From Candidatus Aenigmatarchaeota archaeon (GTDB taxonomy: Archaea; Aenigmatarchaeota; Aenigmatarchaeia; CG10238-14; SCSR01), in contig JAVZGQ010000005.1 in assembly GCA_038998585.1 (NCBI GenBank), positions 1-56,493 on the forward strand: a stretch of DNA of 56,493 bases, read 5' to 3'. How positions within the stretch are numbered: the first letter of the stretch is position 1; each line of letters starts with the position of its first letter. The notes beneath the pieces are model-generated. The model was not told the origin of the DNA. It did not search any database and saw only the letters and a list, made by a program, of their open reading frames with translations. This document shows, in pieces, positions 29,035 through 38,663 of the stretch. The translations under genes were made by a program, and so were the position numbers.

Positions 29035-29547
29035 ATGCAGCTCTCTGAAGCTATTGAGAAAAGAAGGAGCATAAAGAAGTACAAGAAAAAAGTGCCAAGT
29101 GACGATTTGATCAGAAAATGTGTAGAAGCTGCTTGTTTCGCCCCTTCTGCCCACAATTCTCAGCCTTGGAAGTTTGTTATTGTTAAGGACAAGGATAAAA
29201 TTTTGGCTTTAAGCAAAACTCAGCCTTGGTCAGCTTTTTTGGCTGACGCTCCTGTGGTGATAGTTGCACTATCTGAAGAAAGTAAAAGCCCTAGACACTG
29301 GGTTGAAGACTTGAGCTGTTCTATAATGCTGCTAATGCTTAAAGCTGCAGAGCTAGGCTTAGGCACATGCTGGAATGCCGTTTATTCGCCAGAAGATCAA
29401 AAGAGGGAAGATTATGTTAGAAAAATTTTGGGAATTCCTAGCAAGTACAGAGTTTTGGCAAACATAGGCTTGGGCTTTCCAGATGAAAAGCCTGCAAAGA
29501 AGAAAGTTAAAAGTTTTGAAGAAGTTGTTTTAGAAATTAAAGATTAA
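29035..29547 (+). CDS. Nitroreductase family protein
   Basis: RRSIKKY, APSAHNSQPW, LGLGTCW. Confidence 0.93.
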   Translation: MQLSEAIEKRRSIKKYKKKVPSDDLIRKCVEAACFAPSAHNSQPWKFVIVKDKDKILALSKTQPWSAFLADAPVVIVALSEESKSPRHWVEDLSCSIMLLMLKAAELGLGTCWNAVYSPEDQKREDYVRKILGIPSKYRVLANIGLGFPDEKPAKKKVKSFEEVVLEIKD

Positions 29548-30102
29548 TATTATTTCGACAAAAAATTAGTCACGATATATTTGCTTGTGGACGAAATCAT
29601 TGAAAAATATCGAAGCGAGTGGGTGAAAAATACAGAGATGAAAGTAGTTCTTAGATTATAGAAAAGTTTTTGACTAGTCGGGCAACCTTTCTAAGACCAA
29701 TCGAAACATAATTCTCTCTTTATGGTAGAAATGTTTTTGGTGTAAAGGGTCTAGAGAAATATTCCGACTTGGATAAACTTTTTGGTGAATTTGAAATAAG
29801 ATTGGAAAAACTGGGATTAGAAATTTACATTCCTGAAGATACAGGAAAAATTCAGGAAATTATACACAAAATCTGGATCAATAAATTTTGTTATTGTATA
29901 GAGAAAAAATAGTATAAGTCAAAGTGGGTGAAATTGTTCTACACGGTCGGGAAAGGGTGAAAAAGTTTTGTGAGGGAAATTTGAAGTTGAAGTTTTTATT
30001 CTTTACAAATCCAATTACATTCTAGAGATTCAAAAAAGTTTTGGAGTCTGTTTTTGTTCTTCAAAAGTCAACTTACAAAGAACAAAAATTAAAAAGTATG
30101 GA

Positions 30103-30972
30103 TTAAATTGCTAAAAAACTCCACCAAGGCTTTTCTATTTTTTCTATTTTTCCATCCTCAGCGTTAACTTGAGTTTTGATGGGAACTGTTACAGGAATTA
30201 TCCAAAGCAGTTTAGCATCTTTCTTACCCTCAACTTCATAAACCGTTTTATCTTCCTCACTTTTCAATTCCATCATTTCTATTTTTTGTTTTTTATTAAC
30301 GAGTATGATTTTTTCAGCCAAATTTGGCATGAGGTTGACAAAAACTTCTTTTTTCGCAGTTTCAACTTTCAATGAAGAATTTTCAAATTTTAGAGTTTCT
30401 CTTGTTATAGCAACTACGCCGTCAACTTCCAATTTCGTAATTTTTTCTTTTTTATCTATTTCAACTTTAACATCAACTTCTGGCTTTGCTAAACTCGAAA
30501 CTTGATGAGGCAATGCAGGCAAAACAGGCTTAACTTTAATTGAAATTAAAGGAATTTCTTCCACACCTTTGAATTCAATAGGCTTCTTTTCAATCAATAT
30601 GGGGTTTTCAGCCAAGGGAGAAATCTTAATACTGGTTTCTTTTGGTAATGCTATTATTGGAGCGATTTTTTCTTCTACTTTCTCACAATCCTGGGGACAA
30701 ATTTCTTTATTTTCCGGGCAGGGGCAACCAATTGAAAGGCAAACCACTTCTTGACATATTCCATCACCACATAAATTTTTGCAGCCAGGAGGCAAAGATG
30801 TAATTTCTTCTGCTTTTCTGATGTCAATTTCTATTGGTTTGGTTGCTTGAGTCTGAATTTCTTCAATTTGTGTTTTTATTGCTTCAATTGGGATAGTTAT
30901 TTCATTTTTGGCAAAAGCAGGAGTTAAAAGCAGAAAAACAATTGATAAAAAAGATAAGTATTTTGTTTTCAT
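30103..30972 (-). CDS. Secreted protein with 8-Cys motif and C-terminal PepSY-like region
   Basis: Signal peptide, CKNLCGDGICQEVVCLSIGCPCPENKEICPQDC, ends VNAEDGKI...KPWWSFLAI. Confidence 0.7.
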   Translation of the reverse strand: MKTKYLSFLSIVFLLLTPAFAKNEITIPIEAIKTQIEEIQTQATKPIEIDIRKAEEITSLPPGCKNLCGDGICQEVVCLSIGCPCPENKEICPQDCEKVEEKIAPIIALPKETSIKISPLAENPILIEKKPIEFKGVEEIPLISIKVKPVLPALPHQVSSLAKPEVDVKVEIDKKEKITKLEVDGVVAITRETLKFENSSLKVETAKKEVFVNLMPNLAEKIILVNKKQKIEMMELKSEEDKTVYEVEGKKDAKLLWIIPVTVPIKTQVNAEDGKIEKIEKPWWSFLAI

Positions 30973-31331
30973 ATTTATCAATTGAATTTTTAATAATAAA
31001 ATCATTTTTAGATAAAAAATCAACTAAAATTCTAAGCTATATTCTTGTGCAGCTTTATTCTCATTCAACCTTTTGAAGCTAGTCAAATCTTGCAAATATT
31101 TATTTTTCAGCCCATTCCAACACGACCAACATTTCTTATCCTGCCTTAATACAAACTTCTAGCAGCAAAGCACCAAAATTTTCTTAAACTTGTGTTCATC
31201 TAAAATATAACCACAAATTATTATATCCAAGATTTTCAATGCCTTATATTTTTAATTAATCTTTCACCCAATTTCATAAACAGAATTCGTCTTCTTTCTA
31301 ATCTTACAAATTATTTTCATTCAATTAAGAG

Positions 31332-32486
31332 TCATTTTGCCATCACTATTTTAATTATGTCGTTGTTTTTCAGCATATAATCTTTCCCAAGCCTTTTCTT
31401 GTTCCTCACATCTATAGCACAAATGAATTTTTCACCAATATCTGTGTGAATCTTAAAAGCCAAATCCAAGGCAGTAGATCCCTTTGGCATGAGAAATGCA
31501 TCAGGCAAAATGTTCCCATATTTGTCACAAAGCTTGTTTTCATCTTCAACAGGATAAACTACAATGTAGCCAAGCAAATCAAAAACAGCTTTATTTAAAC
31601 AATCTTGAACGCCCGTAGAACCATACTTTCTTATAAATTCTTGAATTTTTTCTAGGGCTTTCTTCTTTTGCTCTCCGAGCCTACTCTCATCAAGGATTTT
31701 GAATCCACCACCAGGTAAATATTCTATTAACCCAGCTTCATCAGCTTTCTTCAAAGCAATTTCATAATCGGCGGAAGTTGGAACAATTATCAAGTCCTTG
31801 AATTTTTCTTTCAGAATTTCAAAATTTTTTTGAGCTTCTGGTAAATCAATCTTATTAGCAGCTATCAACATGGGCTTCGAGACCTTTCTTATTTCTTTAG
31901 CAAATTTTTCCACATCACTAACCCAAACTTTTTCTAAAACAACTTCTATATGCTCTTTTCTAACTTCAAGTCCACTCAATTGTTCAGCAAGCATTCGTAT
32001 CAACTCAGTTCTAGATTGAGCTTTTCCAATCTTTGTCAAAGCTCTCTTTATGACATCAGCAAACCAAAGGTCAATTTCTTCTCTTACAAATTCTATATCA
32101 AAGCTTGGGTCATAACCCTGAGTAGGATCTCCCTCAGCGTCTGTTAGACCAGAAAAGTCGACTATGTGAATAAAGACAGAGGCTTGTCTTAAGTCGTCAA
32201 GGAATTTATTCCCCAAACCCTTACCTTCATGTGCTCCTGGAATTAGGCCGGCAACATCCACAAGCTTGATTGGAATAAACCTTTTACCTTTTTTACATAC
32301 CCCACTTTTAGGATTGCATTTAATACCAAACTCTTTACAAACACAATCAACTATCACATATCCTATACCAAAATTCGGATTTATTGTTACAAATTTTCTA
32401 TTACTTATCTCCACATCAATTAAAGTGGCAGCTTTGAAGAAACTTGACTTTCCGGCATTAGTCTTCCCACAAATACCAATTATCAT
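31332..32486 (-). CDS. ychF: YchF/OBG-family ATPase
   Basis: GKTNAGKSS, DVAGL, GLGNKFLDDL, ANKID, TGS. Confidence 0.92.
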   Translation of the reverse strand: MIIGICGKTNAGKSSFFKAATLIDVEISNRKFVTINPNFGIGYVIVDCVCKEFGIKCNPKSGVCKKGKRFIPIKLVDVAGLIPGAHEGKGLGNKFLDDLRQASVFIHIVDFSGLTDAEGDPTQGYDPSFDIEFVREEIDLWFADVIKRALTKIGKAQSRTELIRMLAEQLSGLEVRKEHIEVVLEKVWVSDVEKFAKEIRKVSKPMLIAANKIDLPEAQKNFEILKEKFKDLIIVPTSADYEIALKKADEAGLIEYLPGGGFKILDESRLGEQKKKALEKIQEFIRKYGSTGVQDCLNKAVFDLLGYIVVYPVEDENKLCDKYGNILPDAFLMPKGSTALDLAFKIHTDIGEKFICAIDVRNKKRLGKDYMLKNNDIIKIVMAK

Positions 32487-32510
32487 AATTCTATATTGAA
32501 ATAAATAGAA

Positions 32511-32720
32511 TTAAGTCTTTGCTATCTTGTAAATTTCTTCGACCATTCTTTCTATGTTTTTTATCCTTTCACTTATTGCTTCAATTTGTGCTGAAATTAA
32601 TTCAATCTTTTGTTCTGTCGAAAGCTTGTTCATTTCAATTTCTGAATTAGGGCTTGATTCCGGAGGGCTGACCTCTGGTAAAGATGGTAGAGGCTCTTTC
32701 TTCTTAAACCAACTAAACAT
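32511..32720 (-). CDS. Small protein, Pro-rich linker plus coiled coil
   Basis: GGAGG SD before MFSWFKKK. Overlaps the upstream gene end. Confidence 0.65.
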   Translation of the reverse strand: MFSWFKKKEPLPSLPEVSPPESSPNSEIEMNKLSTEQKIELISAQIEAISERIKNIERMVEEIYKIAKT

Positions 32721-33228
32721 AAACAACCTCCGGCATACCGGCCCATCTTCTTATTTCTTTCACCAAAATGTTAATTAGTTCTTGGCAGGTTTTAAGATAA
32801 TTTTTTCTAACTTTAGCATAAAAAAATTTTATATAGAGCCATAAAAGGGCTTTATAGAATGGGGTTTGTTGGAATGGGGTTTTAAGTTTGAATTCAGTTC
32901 TCAAATTCCCACCTATAGTTATTTTAGCATTTCCGTCTTTTGAAGGTTCTGATGGTTGTGTCCCTTCAAGAATAATCTCGAAGTAAGCTTCTGTGAAATT
33001 GTCAAATCCTTTGTGAATAATCAATTTTATGAAAAAGCTATGGGGGTCACTATCGGCACTCCATCTAAAATCTCTCTCAAAAATATCTGTACTACCAATT
33101 TCAAAGCTTCTTTGAAAAAATGAACTATCCATATTTTTATAAAATTGGAAAGGATTCGGACCTTTATAATTTATTTCAATTTTATCTCTAGGTGCAAGAA
33201 TACTTTCTTCAACAACCCAGCTTGTCAT
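32713..33228 (-). CDS. Hypothetical protein, paralog of 33237-33779
   Basis: Shared L.PR..I...Y.GPNP, E..F.W, K..D.F, LRTE and W....Y...R..Y...C.EL pattern. Confidence 0.8.
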   Translation of the reverse strand: MTSWVVEESILAPRDKIEINYKGPNPFQFYKNMDSSFFQRSFEIGSTDIFERDFRWSADSDPHSFFIKLIIHKGFDNFTEAYFEIILEGTQPSEPSKDGNAKITIGGNLRTEFKLKTPFQQTPFYKALLWLYIKFFYAKVRKNYLKTCQELINILVKEIRRWAGMPEVVYV

Positions 33229-33236
33229 GATTTACA

Positions 33237-33779
33237 CTAATATTTTTTTGGTAAAATGTTAAGAAAAGATTTTATTTCTTCAATAAATTTTTCTGAAAGT
33301 TCTCTGCACTCTTTAATATACCTCATCCTTGTACTCTGATAAATAAATTTATGCCAAAACATTCTCAAAATTTCATAAATCAAACTTCTTTGGAATAAAG
33401 TGTCTTGTGGATATTCCGTTCTTAACATTGGTTCAAACTCTATCTTAACGCTTCCCTCTTTTCCAAATTCCCTGCTATGCTTTGCCTCGCCGCTTAAGCT
33501 CACTGTAATGAAGAAGAAACTGAAAGTATCTAAATCTTTTGTGGCCTCAAACTTAACTTTGAACTTTTCAACTCCGGTGCTTCTATCCCAGCTAAACTCT
33601 CTTTCTTGAATATCTCCTGGGTCCACACGCCAAATACTAGTCAACGACTCTTTAATTTTCTTGTAAAGGTCTTGCGGATTTGGCCCTCTGTATTCAAGAG
33701 TTATAAAACCTACGCGTGGTGATAAACAATCGTCATGAATCATTAGCTTTGTCCTGGCAAAAATCGGCATATCTACCAA
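33237..33779 (-). CDS. Hypothetical protein, paralog of 32713-33228
   Basis: Same motif series as its neighbour. Confidence 0.8.
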   Translation of the reverse strand: MVDMPIFARTKLMIHDDCLSPRVGFITLEYRGPNPQDLYKKIKESLTSIWRVDPGDIQEREFSWDRSTGVEKFKVKFEATKDLDTFSFFFITVSLSGEAKHSREFGKEGSVKIEFEPMLRTEYPQDTLFQRSLIYEILRMFWHKFIYQSTRMRYIKECRELSEKFIEEIKSFLNILPKKY

Positions 33780-33837
33780 AAAATTATTAGTTAGAATAAA
33801 ATAAAAAGATTAAAAGTTTTCTTACCAAAAAGTCACT

Positions 33838-33984
33838 ATGATAAAAATACTTGGGGCTTTGCTCATATTCTTTGGTTTAGTCTTCACTTTCAATTTTAGT
33901 AGAGCTAAAGACTATAACTCTTTTTTACTCCAGATTTTATTAGGTCCAATTTTTATATTTTTAGGTTTACAATTAATTGAATGA
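33838..33984 (+). CDS. Small 2-TM protein (48 aa)
   Basis: Hand-translated: MIKILGALLIFFGLVFTFNFSRAKDYNSFLLQILLGPIFIFLGLQLIE. Confidence 0.55.
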   Translation: MIKILGALLIFFGLVFTFNFSRAKDYNSFLLQILLGPIFIFLGLQLIE

Positions 33985-33985
33985 G

Positions 33986-34147
33986 ATGTTTACTAAAATT
34001 TTTGGCATCGTCTGCTTCATAGCTGGTATTTTGATGATATTGTTTTTTCCAGAAATAAAAGAATACCAGCCAGAAGAAATAGGATTTGCTGGTATCTTAG
34101 TAGGCTTCGGTTTAATTGCCCTTGGGATTTACTTTTTGAAAATTTAA
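33986..34147 (+). CDS. Small 2-TM protein (53 aa)
   Basis: Hand-translated: MFTKIFGIVCFIAGILMILFFPEIKEYQPEEIGFAGILVGFGLIALGIYFLKI. Confidence 0.65.
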   Translation: MFTKIFGIVCFIAGILMILFFPEIKEYQPEEIGFAGILVGFGLIALGIYFLKI

Positions 34148-34173
34148 TACAAGAGATAAATATAATTTAAATT

Positions 34174-35880
34174 ATGGTGAAATATCCAAAAGATGATGAG
34201 ATTGAGCCTGGTCACGGAATTAATATTCAAATAAAAAATGCTGATGTCTATCTTGATTTTGACTCTTCTCTTGGCAAGTGCTCAGGAGTTCTTTTATCAC
34301 TAATCTTCCAGTTACCTAAATGGGGTTTCGACAGGGTTAAGATAGATGATGTCATAGTGGTGACCCCAACATTCCAACAATACTATCAAATAACAATTAA
34401 ACAAAAGGAAGAATTTGAAGCTATGATAAAAACTAGCCTGGCGAGTATAGCCACGGCTCTTTCTGATTTAGAGCTTCTTAAACACGATTTGAGGAAATAT
34501 AAGGAGTTTATGGATTATTATAAGATGATAGAAGTTGGAATAAAAAAGAAAAATGATAAGTTAAGACTTCAAGGTGAACAAGCCCTTAAAGCAATTTTCA
34601 TTGATCAAGTCGATTCTCACACAGACTTGCCAAACCAACCTATTGCTTTAAGATCAATAGCTGCAAGATGGCCTACTATAATTTCAGACTTTATGAAGCT
34701 AGAAGATGAAGATGTTGAGCCAAAAAAAATATCAGAAAAATATAAAGTTTCAGAAGCCGAGGGTGTTGTTCTCGCTACAAAAAACAAGCTCTATAAAGAG
34801 TGGAGAGATGAACTATTCAAAAGAGCTGTTGAGGATAGGTTCAAGAGTTTGGTTGCCATGGTTGAAGCAAGGAAAAAATCTTATGAAGAATATAAAGAAA
34901 TGATTAAACCTACACTTAGGAGGTATAAATCAATAGTAGATGGATTAAGTAATCCAAAATTTGCTGCTGATTTAGAAAGAGCAGCTTTTTGGAGGCCTCA
35001 CTCTCAAGCAATGTCAATAGATGCCTGTACTATTTGGGCTTGGAAACCCTTTGCAGCTCCTGAAAAATACAAATCTGTGAGGGAGATTCCTTTGAGTGAA
35101 ATTCAGGCAGAAAAGGCAGGCTTCACTCCTGAAGAAGTGAAAGAATTGAAAGAGAAGAAGAAAATAAAAGAAGATGGTATGGTAAAAGCTCTGCCGGTAG
35201 AACCTTCTATAGACGAGATTGTAAGGAAAAAATTAATCAAAGAAATAGAAAGAGAATATGGGGTCAAAATTACAGCCACTGATATCTTCAATGCAAGACA
35301 AAGACTTGTTGATAGGTTTGAAAAATCTGTTACTGGTGCTACAGATTACGAGTCTTGGGTTTTCAGCCCATATTTCATGTTCTTTGAAATTCCTGTAGTA
35401 AGGTCAGTGATTCGCTTACCAAATGGAGTTGAGATTGAAGACTTAACTTTTGATAGGTTTAGGGCTTGGCTCTCGACTCAAAATATAATCATAGGTAGGT
35501 TGATAGAACTTGAGGCAAAAGATAAACAGCTTGACAATTACATAAAACAGATGCTTGGCGAGGCTGGTATTTCCAAAGAAGGTAAGGCAATTGTTGATAT
35601 AGATGAACTTGTGAAAGAATATGAAATAAAGCTAGAGGAAGAAAAGAAGGAAGAAAAAAAAACAAAAGTAGAAAATCCATTCAAGAAAATTGGGGGCACC
35701 GTCAATAATTTCTTCAAGTTTTTTGGTTTAGAGGTTAAATTTTTCAAGGCCAAAGTTCCCTATGAAGTTCCATATGAATTTATTGTGAAGGATAGGATAA
35801 CAAAATATTACTTGAAGGAGGTTGGCACTACTTTTGGGACAATAGTCAGTTTCCTTAAATCCTCTTTTAATGTACCGTAG
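34174..35880 (+). CDS. Large hypothetical protein (568 aa, helical/coiled-coil)
   Basis: Long ORF with host-like codon use. No recognised motif. Confidence 0.8.
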   Translation: MVKYPKDDEIEPGHGINIQIKNADVYLDFDSSLGKCSGVLLSLIFQLPKWGFDRVKIDDVIVVTPTFQQYYQITIKQKEEFEAMIKTSLASIATALSDLELLKHDLRKYKEFMDYYKMIEVGIKKKNDKLRLQGEQALKAIFIDQVDSHTDLPNQPIALRSIAARWPTIISDFMKLEDEDVEPKKISEKYKVSEAEGVVLATKNKLYKEWRDELFKRAVEDRFKSLVAMVEARKKSYEEYKEMIKPTLRRYKSIVDGLSNPKFAADLERAAFWRPHSQAMSIDACTIWAWKPFAAPEKYKSVREIPLSEIQAEKAGFTPEEVKELKEKKKIKEDGMVKALPVEPSIDEIVRKKLIKEIEREYGVKITATDIFNARQRLVDRFEKSVTGATDYESWVFSPYFMFFEIPVVRSVIRLPNGVEIEDLTFDRFRAWLSTQNIIIGRLIELEAKDKQLDNYIKQMLGEAGISKEGKAIVDIDELVKEYEIKLEEEKKEEKKTKVENPFKKIGGTVNNFFKFFGLEVKFFKAKVPYEVPYEFIVKDRITKYYLKEVGTTFGTIVSFLKSSFNVP

Positions 35881-35888
35881 GTGATTTA

Positions 35889-37703
35889 GTGGTTTATATT
35901 CTTGGCATTTCTACAGGAGCTTTTGGGGTTGCTGGAGCAGAAGAAAGGCCACAGTTAATAGGGCTTTACAAGAAAGCTCAGGCAGGTTTAACAAAAGGTG
36001 TGAATTTTGTTCAACTTGACTTGGAATCTCTTTCAGAATTCGAAGAGCCGGATCTTGAGAAAAAAATGAAGAGAGACATAATAGAAAAACTTGGGATAAA
36101 TTTTGGTATACATAGCGAGACAAAAGCTTTTGGTGTTGAAGCTGCTGAACTCGATTCTGCCATAAAAATGGAGTATGAGAGAGCTCATGAAAGATTAATT
36201 TGTATTTTAAAACATTCAAAAAACATAGGGGCAAAATATGTTTTGGTTCACTCTTCAGAATCAGAGCCTTTTCGCTTGTTGGAAAGGACCTTGCAAGCAT
36301 GTGATTTGGTTGATCCTGAGGGAAACTCTTTTAGAGAATTCTTAATAAATAACAAATGGCTTTTAAATTGGTTGATGAGTGGTAGTAAGGAAGACAGATC
36401 AAAAGAAATGAGAGAAATTTTGATTAATGTTTGGACAGAAAAAGGAAAACAGAAAGGAAGAATAGAAAAAGAAGATATTGAAAAAGCTTTTAAAGAAAAA
36501 GGCATAAGGCCACAAAATTTTTTCTGGTTAGAGCTTTTAAGAGGAAGAACTTTTGAAGAGTATTTGCAAGACAGGATAATGAGCAGAGTACAAAGCGAAG
36601 AGATATCAGTAGGGGAAAAATACATAGATTCGCCAGAAAACCAGGAAAGAATAGACAAAGGTATAGAAAGGTCTTTAGAGATAACCTTTACCGATATAGT
36701 CGATTATGTTATTTCTCTTGTTAACTCAAGAGATTTACACTATGGCCCGGAGAGATGGGCCTATTATTTTATTGCAAAATGGATGGAAGAAAATAAAGAT
36801 CCACTATGGGAAGAAATAGTTAAAGCGAGCATAAAATTCTTTGCAAAAAGAGATGGAAAAGATATAGAAGAGTGGATGATAAAGAAGGGTATAAACCCAG
36901 AAAAACTTACAATTGAAGATGAAAATTTCAGAACCACTTACGAGATTTGGATTCCAGCAGTTTCAGCAAGATACATCTTTGGCCATTTCTTTCCCAAAAG
37001 AAGCGAATACAATGACCCAAAAGAGTATTTGAGTGAAAATGGCATGATTTTTGCTTTAGAGTCACCAATGGGAAGTAGGGGAGTAGAAGAGTGGTTGAGG
37101 CTAGCCAACCCTTACCAATACTATTTTTTAGTTAAAGAAGCAAACAAGCAAGCTGGAAAAGATATTTTTGCAGTTGCCCTAGATTTTGAGCACATGTTAA
37201 GCCTAAGGATAGACCCTGAGAAAGTCATAAATCTTTTACCAGAAGATGGAGGCAATTATGTTAGAGTTATACACGCAGGCTGGCCTTCAACTTTAGCGCC
37301 AGCTCATCTACCAATAGAAGTTGGCTCGGACCAACAGAAGTATTTATATGAAATGTACTACAGGTTAAGACAAAAGGGTTTTGGTAAAAATAAGGATTGT
37401 TACATAATTTTCGAAAGAGGTGGTCCAGAAAGCTTTCAACAATCCATAATTTCTTTACAACTTATAATTAAGTGTTTAGAAAAAGATATACCGCCTGAAA
37501 AGCTTGTTGAGCACCCCGAATTCTTTGGTATTGACATAAAACAATTAGCATCAGAGGAAAGGCAAAAAACTGTGATAAGAGAACATGCTTTTGATCCATT
37601 GAAAGGCTTGATCTCGGTGCCAGAGGAAACTCATGGCTTCTTTGGAAGGGCTGCTGTTGGGAAAGGAAAAACAGAAGAATGGAGAAATGAGAGATATAGG
37701 TAA
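35889..37703 (+). CDS. Xylose-isomerase/AP-endonuclease-2-like TIM-barrel metalloprotein with large insertion
   Basis: Metal-ligand pattern GIHSE, LVHSS, ALESP, LDFEHM, IHAG, HLP, IFERGG. Confidence 0.7.
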   Translation: MVYILGISTGAFGVAGAEERPQLIGLYKKAQAGLTKGVNFVQLDLESLSEFEEPDLEKKMKRDIIEKLGINFGIHSETKAFGVEAAELDSAIKMEYERAHERLICILKHSKNIGAKYVLVHSSESEPFRLLERTLQACDLVDPEGNSFREFLINNKWLLNWLMSGSKEDRSKEMREILINVWTEKGKQKGRIEKEDIEKAFKEKGIRPQNFFWLELLRGRTFEEYLQDRIMSRVQSEEISVGEKYIDSPENQERIDKGIERSLEITFTDIVDYVISLVNSRDLHYGPERWAYYFIAKWMEENKDPLWEEIVKASIKFFAKRDGKDIEEWMIKKGINPEKLTIEDENFRTTYEIWIPAVSARYIFGHFFPKRSEYNDPKEYLSENGMIFALESPMGSRGVEEWLRLANPYQYYFLVKEANKQAGKDIFAVALDFEHMLSLRIDPEKVINLLPEDGGNYVRVIHAGWPSTLAPAHLPIEVGSDQQKYLYEMYYRLRQKGFGKNKDCYIIFERGGPESFQQSIISLQLIIKCLEKDIPPEKLVEHPEFFGIDIKQLASEERQKTVIREHAFDPLKGLISVPEETHGFFGRAAVGKGKTEEWRNERYR

Positions 37704-37733
37704 AAATTTAAGCCTTAGTGTGAAAGATAAATT

Positions 37734-38588
37734 ATGACCATAGAAAACCTAGAAGAAGAATTGGAGGATGTGGAATTGGCAAGGAAGGAAGATCAAGAGC
37801 AGGCTGAGCTTCAGAAAAAATTTATAGAAAAAGTGGTTAAGTTTGCCAATGAAGCCAGGAAGCAGTATGGTAACTTGATTAAGTCGGTTGTAATTTTTGG
37901 TTCTGTGGCGAAAGGGGTGATGAAGAAAGGAAGTGATGTTGATGTTTGGGTTATACTTGATGATACCGCAACCAAAAGTTCAGAAGATTTAGATAAGGTT
38001 AGCTCACAGCTCTACCTTATAGCTCATGAGCTAAAAGATATTCACATTCAAATCACTTTACTAACAGATTTTTGGCAATGGGTAAGGGCCGGTTCACCCG
38101 AGCTTATTAACTTTCTTAGGTATGGTCTGTTAATTTATGATACAGGTTTTGTGAAGCCTGTTCAAAGAATGCTTCATATGGGATTGTTGCCACCAAGCGA
38201 AGAGACAATAAACTTGAAGGCCAAAGCAGCAGAGGCAAGGTACAAGAAGATAAAGCTTGATTTAAAAACTATGATTTTTGAGTTGAGATATGCAGCAACA
38301 GATGAAATTCAGGCAGTCATCATGTACTATTACAAGGCTCAACCGGATCAAAAGGCTATACCAGAATTTTTGGAGAAATTGGTAAAAGAAGGAAAACTGG
38401 AAAAGGAATACATAGAAAAATTTAAAGAATTGGACAAGCTTTGGAAGGACATAGACCATAAGATAATTAGAGAAGTTGGAGTCGAACATTTGGAAAAAGC
38501 CTTTGAGCTAACAAGGGATATTATAAACAGATTTAATAAATTACTCCCAGAAGATATAAAAGGAGAAGAATTGCCTGAGGTGGATTAA
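37734..38588 (+). CDS. Nucleotidyltransferase (MNT)-HEPN fusion, HEPN motif degenerate
   Basis: FGSVAKG..SDVDVWV. C-terminal helical domain with WKDIDH in place of RxxxxH. Confidence 0.8.
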   Translation: MTIENLEEELEDVELARKEDQEQAELQKKFIEKVVKFANEARKQYGNLIKSVVIFGSVAKGVMKKGSDVDVWVILDDTATKSSEDLDKVSSQLYLIAHELKDIHIQITLLTDFWQWVRAGSPELINFLRYGLLIYDTGFVKPVQRMLHMGLLPPSEETINLKAKAAEARYKKIKLDLKTMIFELRYAATDEIQAVIMYYYKAQPDQKAIPEFLEKLVKEGKLEKEYIEKFKELDKLWKDIDHKIIREVGVEHLEKAFELTRDIINRFNKLLPEDIKGEELPEVD

Positions 38589-38663
38589 ATTGAAAGAAGA
38601 TTTAAACACCAATTCTATTAGTCTGGAAAAAGAAATAGAATATGCGAAAGAAAGAGGGTAAGT

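Noticed and set aside
29550-30000. Possible transposase remnant (LVTIYLLVDEIIEKY...)
   Set aside because: Fragmentary, with no terminal repeats or DDE motif that I can support.
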